From contig CAWBYW010000007.1 in NCBI GenBank assembly GCA_963792965.1, positions 96,001 to 160,000 of the forward strand: 64,000 nucleotides of DNA, read 5' to 3'. This document shows, one piece after another, positions 19,844 to 30,030 of this stretch. Made by a program: the position numbers and the translations under genes. Numbering within the stretch: the first letter of the stretch is position 1; every line of letters begins with the position of its first letter. The notes under the pieces were generated by a model, which saw only the letters and a program-made list of their open reading frames with translations, made no database searches and was not told the DNA's origin. This DNA is from an uncultured delta proteobacterium. Lineage in GTDB: Bacteria > Desulfobacterota > Zymogenia > Zymogenales > Zymogenaceae.

Positions 19844-20734
19844 ATGAAAACAACCACGAAACATATAAGCGAAGAAGAGCTGAAGAAGCGCCTCACTCCC
19901 CGGGAATATCAGGTCATGAGGGAAAAGGGAACGGAGCCCCCGTTCACGGGAGAGTACAACGAAAACAAGAAGAAGGGAACCTACTACTGCAAGGCCTGCG
20001 GGAGCAAGCTCTTTGAGTCCGAGAAGAAATTTGATTCAGGGAGCGGATGGCCGAGCTTCTTCGACGTGGAAGAGCAAGCCGTCGAGACGCGTGAGGACAC
20101 CAGCCACGGGATGATACGCACGGAGGTATTGTGCAAGAAGTGTGGAAGCCACCTCGGCCATTTGTTTGAGGACGGCCCACGCCCCACCGGGAAGCGCTAC
20201 TGTATCAATTCTATCTCCCTCGCATTCGAAGAGAAGAAGGTGGACGAGGGGAAAAGGAAGGAGACCAAGACGCATCGGGCCGCGTTCGCCGCGGGATGCT
20301 TCTGGGGCATACAGGACGCGTTCGACAACGTAAAGGGGGTCCTGACGACGACCGTAGGATACATGGGAGGGCACACCGAAAACCCGACATACCAACAGGT
20401 ATGCACGGACAGGACGGGGCACGCCGAGACGGTAATGCTGGAGTATGATCCCGCGGTGGTGACCTACAGGGAGCTCTTAAACCTGTTCTGGAAGATACAC
20501 GATCCGACCCAGAAGAACAGGCAGGGGCCGGACGTGGGGACCCAGTACCGATCCGTGATCTTCTTCTTTGATAAGACCCAGGAAAGAGAAGCAGCCACGT
20601 CTCTCGCCGAGCGACAGAAGGGGCTTAACGGCAACATTGTTACCGAGATCACACCTGCGCCCACGTTCTGGAAGGCGGAAGAATACCACCAGAAGTACCA
20701 TACAAAACAGGGGAAAGCGGGGTGCTGCTCGTAG
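19844..20734 (+). CDS. msrAB: Bifunctional peptide-methionine sulfoxide reductase, MsrB-MsrA fusion
   Basis: MsrB: [34 protein letters not shown]. MsrA: [32 protein letters not shown]. Confidence 0.96.
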   Translation: MKTTTKHISEEELKKRLTPREYQVMREKGTEPPFTGEYNENKKKGTYYCKACGSKLFESEKKFDSGSGWPSFFDVEEQAVETREDTSHGMIRTEVLCKKCGSHLGHLFEDGPRPTGKRYCINSISLAFEEKKVDEGKRKETKTHRAAFAAGCFWGIQDAFDNVKGVLTTTVGYMGGHTENPTYQQVCTDRTGHAETVMLEYDPAVVTYRELLNLFWKIHDPTQKNRQGPDVGTQYRSVIFFFDKTQEREAATSLAERQKGLNGNIVTEITPAPTFWKAEEYHQKYHTKQGKAGCCS

Positions 20735-20780
20735 CGCACGACATCGGTTTCTTTATGGCGACGATAGGCATCGTCCGGGT

Positions 20781-21363
20781 TCAGCGTTTCCTGGATAATC
20801 CTGAGGAGAAGAGCGCAACAACCTTATCGGCTCGCTCTTCAACGCTCATCTCTTTTGCGCGCATCACGTGGAACGGATCGAAAAAGACGTCGAGGGAGTT
20901 TTGAATCAGGAATGCAACAAGCTCGGCGTCGTCGACCTGGAAAACTCCCCTATCGGTCCCGTACGTGAGGATCCCTTTGATCGTATCGAGACGTTTCGCG
21001 ATGCTCTCCTGTATGAGCTCTCGGGGGATCACGGGCAAGAGGCTGAATTCTCCGAGACGAATATGCAAGAGCTCCAGGATCTTTTGGATTCCGCTTACTG
21101 TAAGAATAAAAAAGACCTTTAGCTTAAGGTAGGGGTCCTGCTCCTGGTCGAGGGCTTTCTCCAGCGCGAGATCGTTTTTTCCCATCTCGCTTTTCATTAT
21201 GTAAAAGAAGATCTCTTCTTTGCTCTTGAAGTAGTTGTAGAAGGTTGGCTTGGAGATCCCAGAATAGTTAATGATATCGGCGACCTTGGTGTTACCGAGG
21301 CCGTATCTGCTGAACAGATTGAGAGAAACGTCGAGAATCCTCTTTTTTCGTGTCTTCTTTCAT
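20781..21363 (-). CDS. TetR/AcrR family regulator, frameshifted near the 5' end
   Basis: The frame of ORF 20781-21197 extends upstream as KKRILDVSLNLFSRYGLGNTKVADIINYSGISKPTFYNYFKSKEEIF (TetR HTH). The ATG at 21363 (GGGGAG RBS) is one base out of frame; one extra A in an A-run explains it. Confidence 0.85.
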
Positions 21364-21467
21364 GAGAGCACTCCCCGCCGGTGCTAAGGGCAAGAGAAGA
21401 GGGGGGAGGGGATCCCCTCCCCGCCTTGATTCTTCCATTAGGCACTGCTGCGCCACGCAACACTTAC

Positions 21468-21860
21468 TTAGCGGTGATTGTCACCGTAACGGTATCCGCG
21501 GAACGATCGGTCATTATATCCGCGATTGTAGCCGTTGTAGTATCCGTTGTTGTTCCTGTCGCGGTACTGGTCCCTGTTTCCATAGTAGTTGTAGTTGTAG
21601 TCACCCCGATCACGGTACTGGTTGTTGGTGACTATCGTCCCCAGAAAGCTTCCGAGGAAGGTGCCCACCAGGTTGGCCGTCCCCGGGTCGTTCAGGTTAG
21701 GCAGCGGCAGGCCAGGGAAAAAGCCGTTTCCTCCGCCCGGAAAGCCCCCAGGGAAAGGGCCTCCAGGCCCCTGCGCATAGGCGCCGGGGATGAAAACCGC
21801 CAGCAACGCCGCAGCCACAATCGCAATCACGGAACCCTTTATCGTTGTTCTCGCATCCAT
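21468..21860 (-). CDS. Small secreted low-complexity (G/P then N/Y/R/G-rich) protein
   Basis: GGAGG RBS, signal peptide ending AYA, GPGGPFPGGFPGGG and a YNYNYYGNRDQYRDRNNNGYYNGYNRGY tail. Confidence 0.75.
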   Translation of the reverse strand: MDARTTIKGSVIAIVAAALLAVFIPGAYAQGPGGPFPGGFPGGGNGFFPGLPLPNLNDPGTANLVGTFLGSFLGTIVTNNQYRDRGDYNYNYYGNRDQYRDRNNNGYYNGYNRGYNDRSFRGYRYGDNHR

Positions 21861-22131
21861 CTTTCTTCCTCCCTATCTTAAATATCCTGCTCTGATAAAC
21901 TATTTAGACTTTCTGTCTAATAAGTTAAACCGCAAACGGTGCAGAAACCTTCGGCTCCAATCAACTGAAAGTGAAAAAATATCTTGCTTTTTCTCGGGTG
22001 CGGGGGCGCCACGGAGACGGGAAAATAAGGCGATTGAGGGGGTTTCCGGCTCTCTGTGGGCCGTATCGCGGAGGGTCGAAGACGTATAAAGTCTCGATGA
22101 GAGAGAAAAGTCGCGAGCCGCAGAGGAAGGT

Positions 22132-23328
22132 CTACACGTGCCGTAAGATAAAGACCAGGTCGGCAATACCGAGGAACATCTTAGGAAGGAAATAGGTCGC
22201 GCTGTAGTGGCCGGAGGGAACCGGGATGTAAAATTCGGTGAAGTTCTTCCCGCCCAGCGCGTTTCGGCTGAAGAACTCTCTCTGACGGCTCGAGTACCGG
22301 TAGAGGAGCACGGGGTCTTGCCGTGCCTTGACGGAAAGGATCGGCATCGTGATATTGGCGACAAACCGCATCGGGTCGGCCACGGGCCAGAGCTCTTCGA
22401 TCTGGGGCCCCGTGAGCCCAAGATCATCGATCAGCCCCTTGCGCACAAATCCTGCCTCGATATTGTCGGGATCGACGATGAAGTCCGACAACAGCCCGCC
22501 CGACAGGTTGACGACGGCGGCGCTGCAGATTCCCTCCGGGAGGCCCTTGACGAGCGCAGGATCCTCACGCTCGAGGTGCGACCTGAAGTCGCGCGTGTGC
22601 GCGAGGCTCATGATAGTGAGCGTCGACCCGATGCTCGTCCCGATGCATCCGATGCGACGGTACCCCGCCCTGATGAGGAACAGAAGGACGCCCAGTACGT
22701 CCGAGATACCCTGGGAGAACGACCAGAGGGTCTCGTGCATGTTGGACGAGAAAAGCCGCTCGCCGGGCACCATCGTCGTGTCGCCTTTTTCGTGGCGTTT
22801 CCCGTGATAGGGGTGGACGATCTCAAGGCAGGTGTAGCCGAAACGGTTAAGGAGCTTGCCGAGCGTGGCAAAGGCCCTCTCGTCCGCGCGGAGGTTGGGC
22901 AGGATCACCACCGCCTTTTTGGCGCCCCCCGGATAGAGGTATGCGCGCGCGGTATTATTTGCGGGGAAGGGGGAGGTGATGGCGCTCCTGAAAGTCAGCT
23001 CGGCCTCTATTCCGGTATCGAGGATTTCCGAGAGCGCCGCCTCTTTACCCGTCGCGTCGGTCAGGGTGAAGGCGGTGTCCGTGGGCGGGAAGAGGAGGCC
23101 GGGGAGCTTTTTCTGAAAGCGGGCCAGCCTCTCTTCGTACTCCCGGCGCGACATGGGGCTTCCGTCATCCTTGGTTCCCCACGTGCCGGGCTTCATCGTG
23201 GGGCGTTTCCGCAGCGACTGCAGCTTCATGTCGTGGACACGGACGCCTTTTTCACAGCTCCTTTCCCGCACGATGTCCATGAGGAGATCGGCATAGGAGT
23301 AGGGCGACTTCTCCTTTGCACCAGTCAT
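22132..23328 (-). CDS. Alpha/beta hydrolase (ABHD18-like)
   Basis: PYHGKR, nucleophile elbow GTSIG, QDPVL acid, SGHYS His. Confidence 0.75.
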   Translation of the reverse strand: MTGAKEKSPYSYADLLMDIVRERSCEKGVRVHDMKLQSLRKRPTMKPGTWGTKDDGSPMSRREYEERLARFQKKLPGLLFPPTDTAFTLTDATGKEAALSEILDTGIEAELTFRSAITSPFPANNTARAYLYPGGAKKAVVILPNLRADERAFATLGKLLNRFGYTCLEIVHPYHGKRHEKGDTTMVPGERLFSSNMHETLWSFSQGISDVLGVLLFLIRAGYRRIGCIGTSIGSTLTIMSLAHTRDFRSHLEREDPALVKGLPEGICSAAVVNLSGGLLSDFIVDPDNIEAGFVRKGLIDDLGLTGPQIEELWPVADPMRFVANITMPILSVKARQDPVLLYRYSSRQREFFSRNALGGKNFTEFYIPVPSGHYSATYFLPKMFLGIADLVFILRHV

Positions 23329-23331
23329 CGT

Positions 23332-24096
23332 CTATTCCATCCCCTCGATGAGGTTTCGGGCGTTGACGCCGAGATCGGGAAGATAGTACCCCCCCTCGAG
23401 GAGGGCGAAGCGTCTTCCGGAGCAGTGCTTCAGGGAAAAATTCTTGACCATTTCTCCGATAGATTTGTAGTCTTCGGTCATGAGCGTGCTTCCCCAGTCC
23501 TTGATGTAGCGGTCGAACCCGGCGCTGATCCCGATGATGTCGTAGGGGAGTGCGCGCTCAAGACCCCGCTGGCACTGAGCCAGGAACTCGACCCGGTCGG
23601 AAGACTCGACGTTGTCCACGATGACGTCTTGCCGTCCCGCGAAATAGTTGTCGGTCCCATCGCCGAAATGGAGGTCGATGTCGAGTATAAAGGCGCGCTT
23701 GATCCGTTTCTTGAATATGAGCCGCTGGACGGCGATGGCCATGTTGTTGAAGAAGCAAAACCCCCAGTTGCTGCCGGGGCTTGCGTGGTGACCCGGCGGG
23801 CGGAGCAGGCCGAAAGCCGGCTCTCCGTCCATGGCGATCTCGGCCGTCATAATCGCCCCGCCGGCGGCCAACAGGGCCACATCAAAGCGGTCGCGGTCTC
23901 GCTTCTCCGCCTGGACGAGGTTCGGGTAATGGACCAGCAACACGTCATTTTCCTCGGCGGGCCGGGGCGTGACGAAGGGGTAGCCGTGCGCCGAAAGCTC
24001 CCGGTGGATCATCTGAACTCTCTCGGGCCGCTCGACGGACGCGGTGGGGTAGTCCGTGAGATACCTCTCGTGATAGACGATCTTTGTCTTCGGCAT
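23332..24096 (-). CDS. Histone deacetylase family (AcuC/HdaH-like) amidohydrolase
   Basis: RPPGHHA, GFCFFNN, DIDLHFGDGT, SAGFD, LEGGY; GGAGG RBS before the ATG at 24096. Confidence 0.94.
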   Translation of the reverse strand: MPKTKIVYHERYLTDYPTASVERPERVQMIHRELSAHGYPFVTPRPAEENDVLLVHYPNLVQAEKRDRDRFDVALLAAGGAIMTAEIAMDGEPAFGLLRPPGHHASPGSNWGFCFFNNMAIAVQRLIFKKRIKRAFILDIDLHFGDGTDNYFAGRQDVIVDNVESSDRVEFLAQCQRGLERALPYDIIGISAGFDRYIKDWGSTLMTEDYKSIGEMVKNFSLKHCSGRRFALLEGGYYLPDLGVNARNLIEGME

Positions 24097-24202
24097 AAAT
24101 ACCTCCAGTTTATCGTTACAGAGGGACCGGAATATACCGGCAGCCGGATATGAATACGGCCACACGGGGTCTCCACGAAGACGATCGTTTCGAGGGATGC
24201 CG

Positions 24203-24922
24203 TTAGTCGAACGAGAGCTTAAGCCTCCTGAGACGACTCTGATCCAACGCGAGGGCACTCATCGGCATGTCCTCGATGATCGCGCCTTTTCGCATAACGA
24301 CGCCGCGCGTCGCCAGCTCACGCGCAAGTTTGATGTCGTGGGTGACGATGAGCTTGGTCTTCGTGATCGAAGCGATCACCTTCTTAAGGTCGTGCACCCC
24401 CTCGGGGTCGAGGTTCGCCGACGGCTCGTCGAAGGCGATGATATCGGGATCCATCGTGAGGATCGTGGCGATAGAGGCGCGTTTCTTCTCCCCGATGGAG
24501 AGGTGATGGGAGGAGCGATCCTCGTAGCCAACAAGCCCCATGGCGGCAAGGGCGCTGCTGACGCGCGCGTGCACCTCAACGTCCGTCAGCCCCATGTTTT
24601 TCGGGCCGAACGCCGCGTCGTCGTAGATCGTGGGGCAAAAGAGCTGATCGTCCGGGTTCTGAAATACGATCCCGATACGTTTCCTCACTTCCCGTACGCT
24701 CTTGGGGGTCAGCGCGATCCCCGCAATATGGATCTGCCCCGTGCCGACGATGAGCCCCGGGAGCGCAAGCAGCAGCGTCGATTTTCCCGCCCCGTTCGGT
24801 CCGAGGATTGCGACGGACTCGCCGGACGGCACCAAAAGGCTTACGCGGGAAAGTCCGGGCGTCCCGTCCGGATAGGTGTAGGAAAGGTCCCGCACCTCGA
24901 TATCCCACACGTCCGCCGTCAC
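24203..24922 (-). CDS. cbiO: Ni/Co ECF transporter ATPase (NikO/CbiO)
   Basis: GPNGAGKST, FQNPDDQLF, HHLSIGEKKR, DEPSANLDP; GTGA overlap with cbiQ. Confidence 0.92.
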   Translation of the reverse strand: MTADVWDIEVRDLSYTYPDGTPGLSRVSLLVPSGESVAILGPNGAGKSTLLLALPGLIVGTGQIHIAGIALTPKSVREVRKRIGIVFQNPDDQLFCPTIYDDAAFGPKNMGLTDVEVHARVSSALAAMGLVGYEDRSSHHLSIGEKKRASIATILTMDPDIIAFDEPSANLDPEGVHDLKKVIASITKTKLIVTHDIKLARELATRGVVMRKGAIIEDMPMSALALDQSRLRRLKLSFD

Positions 24923-25692
24923 AGGAGGCCTCCCACCGCGCGGATAATGGCGGCGCATATGATCACGACGAACATGAAGACGAGGTCGGCGCCGACAAGC
25001 GGCGTGGTCTTCGTCCGGATCATCTCGGTGTCGTATCCCCGGGCTTTCATCGCGCGAAAGATTCGCTCTCCCCGCTCAAAGCTCCTGACGAAGATGCTTC
25101 CCACCATATATCCGATCACGCGGGCGTGCCAGATCCAGCGGTTGCCGTAGAGCCGGGCGTCGCGCGCCAGCGTAACGCGCTCCACCTCGTCCACCAGGAT
25201 AAAGAGGTAATGGTACATGAACGAGAGGGTGTCGGTGATAAATGCCGGCACCTTAAGCTCCCTGAGGCCGAGGAGGAGGTCCTGAAAGGGCGTGGTGGAT
25301 ACGAGCAGGGTCAGGAAGACGACGGAGAGGATCGATTTTGCCAGGACGTTGAAGACAAGCACGAGACCCGATACGGACACCGCCAGGGTACCGATACCGA
25401 GCGAGACCGAGGCGCTGCTCCCCGTAGGGACGAAAGGGGCCGAGACCACGGCAACCAGGATAAAGGGGACGACGGCGATCATCTTTTTGAGAAAGATCTT
25501 CATGGGGAGACGGGATACCAGAATGAGCACGAGCAGCAACGCCGCATAGAGGAGAAAAGACGAGTAGGCCGTCGCCGGGGTGGACACGATAAGCACCACG
25601 ACGGCGATAACCGTCACGAATTTCGCCTTGGGGTTGAGAGCCCTGATGGGGCTCTCGATTCTGCTCTCCTGGTCGAGGAAATAGTGTTTCAT
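24919..25692 (-). CDS. cbiQ: Ni/Co ECF transporter T component (NikQ/CbiQ)
   Basis: SPIRALNPKAKF, TTPFQDLL, ARDAR, RSFERGERIFRAMKARGY. Confidence 0.92.
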   Translation of the reverse strand: MKHYFLDQESRIESPIRALNPKAKFVTVIAVVVLIVSTPATAYSSFLLYAALLLVLILVSRLPMKIFLKKMIAVVPFILVAVVSAPFVPTGSSASVSLGIGTLAVSVSGLVLVFNVLAKSILSVVFLTLLVSTTPFQDLLLGLRELKVPAFITDTLSFMYHYLFILVDEVERVTLARDARLYGNRWIWHARVIGYMVGSIFVRSFERGERIFRAMKARGYDTEMIRTKTTPLVGADLVFMFVVIICAAIIRAVGGLL

Positions 25693-25863
25693 GGTTCCGG
25701 CGTGATATAAAGTAAAATTATATCGTCTCGGGGAATGCAAAGGCAAGCCTTTTCTGATGTCTCGGGCATCTTCACCGGCCAATGCGAACCCGCCCCCCCT
25801 TTTTTCGTTGTCTTTCGATCTTGCCTGTGTGATAATAATACGTTTAGAGGAGAAGGACGCGAG

Positions 25864-27618
25864 ATGTTATCGGTGTTTTCGCCCAAGGCGGACCTCATAC
25901 TCATCCACCCGCCCAGTATATTCGATTTCAGGAAACGCAACATCTTATTTGGGCCTATCAGCGACGTTGTACCCTCCACCCCCGCCTTCGAAATGTATCC
26001 AATCGGTTTTTCCTCCATCGCGGAAGAGCTCTCTCGAAACGGCATCGGGGTGCGCATCGTCAACCTCGCGTATCTCATGGTGACCCGCCCGCGGCTCGAC
26101 GTTCGCGCGTACCTCAAGAGCCTCAAGGCCCGGGCCTTTGGGATATCTCTCCATTGGCTTCCCCATGCCCACGGGGCGGTCGAGCTGGCGCGGCTCCTCA
26201 AGGAGGTCCACCCGGACGTACCGGTGATCTTCGGTGGCTATTCGTCCACCTATTTTGCCGAGCAGATCATCCGGTATCCTTTCGTGGACTACGTCGTTCG
26301 GGGGGACTCGACCGAGCGGGTCCTTGTCTCTCTCATGCGGGCGATCCTCGGCAAGGGCGGCCTTTCGAGCGTTCCCAACCTCGTCTATAAGGAGGGGGAA
26401 CGGGTTGTCGTCAGTGAAACGCTCGTCGTGGAAGACCACCTCAACGACTTTTCCAACAACTATCTCAACCTCTTCAGGAAAGCGGTCAAGTACCGTGATC
26501 CCATCGGCATGACCCCGATCCACGATTGGTGGAGGTATCCGATCACGATGCTCATCACGTGCCGGGGTTGCACCAATAACTGCGCCATCTGCGGGGGCTC
26601 TCACTGGGCGGGCAAACGGTATCTCGGGCGGGATCGGGTCGCCTACCGGGACCCGGAGCGAGTCGCGCGGGACCTCACGGTGCTTGCCCGCTTCACCCGC
26701 GCGCCGGTCTTCGTGGTGGGGGACATCAGACAGGCGGGCGACGACTACGCCGAGAGGCTGCTGAAAAGCCTCGCGAACGCACCGATAAAAAACCCGGTCG
26801 TCCTGGAGCTCTTCGACGCCGCCCCCGAGGGTTTCTTTGAGGCGGTATCAAAGGTGCTCCCACGCGTCAACTACGAGATATCCCCCGAGACCCATGACGA
26901 CCGTATGCGCGCCCGGTCCGGGAAGCCGTACACGTCTCGGGCCGTCCAGGACAATATCCGGTGGGCGTTGAAATACGGCGCGCAAAAATTCGACATCTTC
27001 TTCATGATCGGCATACCCGGGCAGGACTTCGGATCGGTGATGGATACCGTTGACTACGGCGGCCGCCTGATGGCCGACTACGGCGATCGTCTCATGCCGT
27101 TTATCTCTCCACTGGCGCCGTTCCTCGACCCCGGCAGCATTGCCTTCGAAAACCCCGAGAAACACGGCTACACGATCCTCTGCCATACCTTCGATGAGCA
27201 CCTGGCGGCGCTCTCGGGAGGATCATGGCGTGAGATGCTCAACTACGAGAGCGCTTCACTCAAGAGAGATGAGCTGGTGGCCGCCACCTACGAGGCGGGC
27301 GCCCGTCTCAACGAGCTCAAGTATCGGGCACGTCACATCGACGCGGCCGCCTATCGAGAGGTAGACGCTCGCATTACCCGGATACGGAAAAGGCACGGCG
27401 GGGAAAAAGGGGCCGGTAAATCGATCGAGCCCGGCACGCCGAGGGGCGACGCTCGGGGCGCCGGTATCGACACAAGGGATATGGGGATCGTCTGCGGGAA
27501 GGACGAGATCAAGTGGGGCCGCCGCACGTCGGGCTTCAGGTTGGTGAACATCGCCCTGGCCGTGCTATGGGAGCTCGCCGGAAGAGTGATGCGGGCCGGA
27601 AGATACAGCGGTGACTAA
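25864..27618 (+). CDS. B12-binding radical SAM protein (TIGR04190/Ta0216-like)
   Basis: LIHPPSIFDFR, FEMYPIGF, LHWLPHAHG, CRGCTNNCAICGGS (CxxxCxxC), SPLAPFLDPGS. Confidence 0.88.
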   Translation: MLSVFSPKADLILIHPPSIFDFRKRNILFGPISDVVPSTPAFEMYPIGFSSIAEELSRNGIGVRIVNLAYLMVTRPRLDVRAYLKSLKARAFGISLHWLPHAHGAVELARLLKEVHPDVPVIFGGYSSTYFAEQIIRYPFVDYVVRGDSTERVLVSLMRAILGKGGLSSVPNLVYKEGERVVVSETLVVEDHLNDFSNNYLNLFRKAVKYRDPIGMTPIHDWWRYPITMLITCRGCTNNCAICGGSHWAGKRYLGRDRVAYRDPERVARDLTVLARFTRAPVFVVGDIRQAGDDYAERLLKSLANAPIKNPVVLELFDAAPEGFFEAVSKVLPRVNYEISPETHDDRMRARSGKPYTSRAVQDNIRWALKYGAQKFDIFFMIGIPGQDFGSVMDTVDYGGRLMADYGDRLMPFISPLAPFLDPGSIAFENPEKHGYTILCHTFDEHLAALSGGSWREMLNYESASLKRDELVAATYEAGARLNELKYRARHIDAAAYREVDARITRIRKRHGGEKGAGKSIEPGTPRGDARGAGIDTRDMGIVCGKDEIKWGRRTSGFRLVNIALAVLWELAGRVMRAGRYSGD

Positions 27619-27812
27619 CATAAGCGTTCGTCATTTTCCGGCAGTTAACGAATCCGTGAAGCTTCTCTGCCCGTTTCGATGTGCGTAATATATGGAAAGA
27701 CCCTCCGTAGATCTTCATCCTCGCGCTGTCACCTATCCGTGATCCATATCGAATTTTCTTTTGGCGTACGCTCTTTTGGGCGCATCTTTTTTGGGGGTGA
27801 GGCCGTTTTATC

Positions 27813-27865
27813 TTGACAAGGTGCCGTTAATTTCTTACTATTTTTCTTTGATTGACAAGTCAATC
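27813..27865 (+). promoter_or_regulatory. Sigma70 promoter followed by a palindromic operator
   Basis: TTGACA(27813)-17 bp-TACTAT(27836), then GATTGAC-AA-GTCAATC at 27850-27865. Confidence 0.6.
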
Positions 27866-28128
27866 TAACGGGCAGGGAGGCGAGGGGAGGAGGAAAGGCG
27901 GGCCTGTAACGAGGACGCTCAAAGGGGCGGCAGTCGCCGATCGATATCTCCTATCGGGCGGCCGTGGATAAATCGAGATTGACTTATCCTCCCGATCTTG
28001 ATAGAGTCGCGAAATGTCTATCCGTGCATTACGTTTCTCAAAGGGAGCTCGCCTTGCGGGCGACCCTTTTTATACTGTTTTTATCTATCTGTACACGTCT
28101 TCAAATAACGAGAAAGGAGGAGGTTCCA

Positions 28129-29130
28129 GTGGATGTCGTAGAGGAAGGAATCGGCAGGCTTTTTACGGATCCTGATCCCGATAAGGCTCGGGAGTTTTTC
28201 AGGAAGAAATCGCGGGAGCTCGAGAACAAATTGACTACCGTCAAAGACGCGGTGGCCAAATATCTCCACGACGGCGACTATTTCGCGATCGGTGGGTTCG
28301 GCGCCAACCGGATCCCCACCGCGATCTGCCACGAGATCGTGAGACAGAAGAAGAAGAATCTGGCCTTCGCGGGGCACACCTCAACCCACGATTTTCAAAT
28401 CCTGGCCGCCGGAAAGACGTTCAACAAACTCGATATCGCCTACATCATCGGCCTGGAAGCTCGCGGGCTTTCACCCAATGCCCGCAAGTATATGGAGAGC
28501 GGTGAGGTCGAAGTAACCGAATGGACCAACTACGCGATGGCGGCCCGCCTCAAGGCCGCGGCGATGGGAATATCGTTTATCCCCATCAGGAACATGATGG
28601 GTACCGACACTTTCAAGTACAGCGCTTCCAAGAAGATCAAATGCCCCTATACCGGCGAGTACTATGTGCTGGCTCCGGCGCTCTATCCCGATTTTTCGGC
28701 GATCCACGTCCACGAGGCCGATGTCTATGGGAATTGCCGTATACGAGGGATCACGATCGCCGATCTCGAGCTTGCCCGGGCGTCAAAGCACCTGGTCATC
28801 ACCTGCGAGCGGATCATCAGTAACGAGCAGATCAGGAGCGACCCTTCCCTGACCCTCATCCCGTTCTATCTGGTCGACGCCGTCTGCGAGGTGCCGTACG
28901 GGAGCTATCCGGGAAATATGCCCTACGAATACTATTCCGACGAGGATCATCTCAGGGAATGGCTCACCGTCGAGAAGGACCCGGAGGCGTTCAAGAAATT
29001 CCTTGATAAGAACATCTATAACGTAAAAGAATTCTCCGAGTATATCGAGCTCAACGGCGGGCTCAAGAAGATGCAAGACCTGAGAGATAAGGAGTTCCTG
29101 GTCAACAATAACACGAACACGAAGAAGTAA
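28129..29130 (+). CDS. Family I CoA-transferase subunit A (glutaconate CoA-transferase GctA-like)
   Basis: AIGGFG, RLKAAAMGISFIP, CPYTGE, IHVHEADVYGN, VCEVPYGSYP; GTG start after AGGAGG. Confidence 0.9.
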   Translation: MDVVEEGIGRLFTDPDPDKAREFFRKKSRELENKLTTVKDAVAKYLHDGDYFAIGGFGANRIPTAICHEIVRQKKKNLAFAGHTSTHDFQILAAGKTFNKLDIAYIIGLEARGLSPNARKYMESGEVEVTEWTNYAMAARLKAAAMGISFIPIRNMMGTDTFKYSASKKIKCPYTGEYYVLAPALYPDFSAIHVHEADVYGNCRIRGITIADLELARASKHLVITCERIISNEQIRSDPSLTLIPFYLVDAVCEVPYGSYPGNMPYEYYSDEDHLREWLTVEKDPEAFKKFLDKNIYNVKEFSEYIELNGGLKKMQDLRDKEFLVNNNTNTKK

Positions 29131-29146
29131 TGGAGGAAGGTCACCC

Positions 29147-29917
29147 ATGGCTGACTATAACACGATGGAATTGATGATATGCACCGCCGCACGAGAGCTC
29201 GAAGACGGTGCCACCGTCGGCGTGGGCACCGGCGCCCCGTGCGCAACGGCGATGCTCGCCCAGAAGACGGGCGCCCCGAACCTCGTTATCTTTTTCGAGG
29301 CGGGAGGGGTTGCCCCCCTGATCCCCGTGATGCCCATCTCGGTGGGCGACTCGCGGACGACCTGGAAGGCCAATATGGCCGCCGGTATGTGCGAGGTTAT
29401 GGAGACCTGCTGTCGGGGTTTTGTGGATTACACGTTTCTCGGCGGCGCGCAGATCGACATGTACGGAAATCTCAACTCTACGCGCATCGGCGGCGATCAG
29501 CAAAAGCCCAAGGTGCGGCTTCCTGGCAGCGGCGGGGCCAACGATTTTGCCTCATTCTGCTGGAAGATGATGGTCATCACGCCGCAGGACGCGCGGCGGT
29601 TCGTTGAAAAGTGTGAGTTCGTTACGTCTCCCGGTTACCTCACCGGAGGAGATTCACGGGAAAAAGCGGGGCTGCCCAAGGGAACGGGCCCCTACAAGAT
29701 CATTACCAACATGGCCGTCATGGACTTCGATCCCGATTCGAAACGGATGAGGATCGCCTCCATAAACCCGGGCTACGCTGAAAAGGACGTTCGCGAGAAC
29801 TGCAGCTTTGAGCTCCTCAAAGCCCCGAAGATCGAGGAGACCCATCCGCCGACCCCCGACGAGCTGAGGCTGTTGAGGGATGAGATCGATCCATACAAAT
29901 ATATCATCGGAAGGTAA
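29147..29917 (+). CDS. Family I CoA-transferase subunit B (GctB-like)
   Basis: VGTGAP, catalytic FEAG, FLGGAQIDMYGNLNST, RLPGSGGAND. Confidence 0.9.
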   Translation: MADYNTMELMICTAARELEDGATVGVGTGAPCATAMLAQKTGAPNLVIFFEAGGVAPLIPVMPISVGDSRTTWKANMAAGMCEVMETCCRGFVDYTFLGGAQIDMYGNLNSTRIGGDQQKPKVRLPGSGGANDFASFCWKMMVITPQDARRFVEKCEFVTSPGYLTGGDSREKAGLPKGTGPYKIITNMAVMDFDPDSKRMRIASINPGYAEKDVRENCSFELLKAPKIEETHPPTPDELRLLRDEIDPYKYIIGR

Positions 29918-30030
29918 ACCCTGAGGTGAAGGTGGCCGGGTGAGCGTCGGCCGCGTTGCGCCGCGTGCTCCGAACGCAAGGGCATGCGTGTCATTCGGAC
30001 TCTGTCATTAATTTCAATAAGGAGGAATCG

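Noticed and set aside
22207-24153. 648-aa plus-strand ORF
   Set aside because: Antisense shadow of the alpha/beta hydrolase and HDAC genes, which have clear motifs; it has no recognisable motifs itself.
27757-27797. Three short TCTTTT(T)GG repeats
   Set aside because: Too short and degenerate for a CRISPR array or iteron; no spacers or cas genes.
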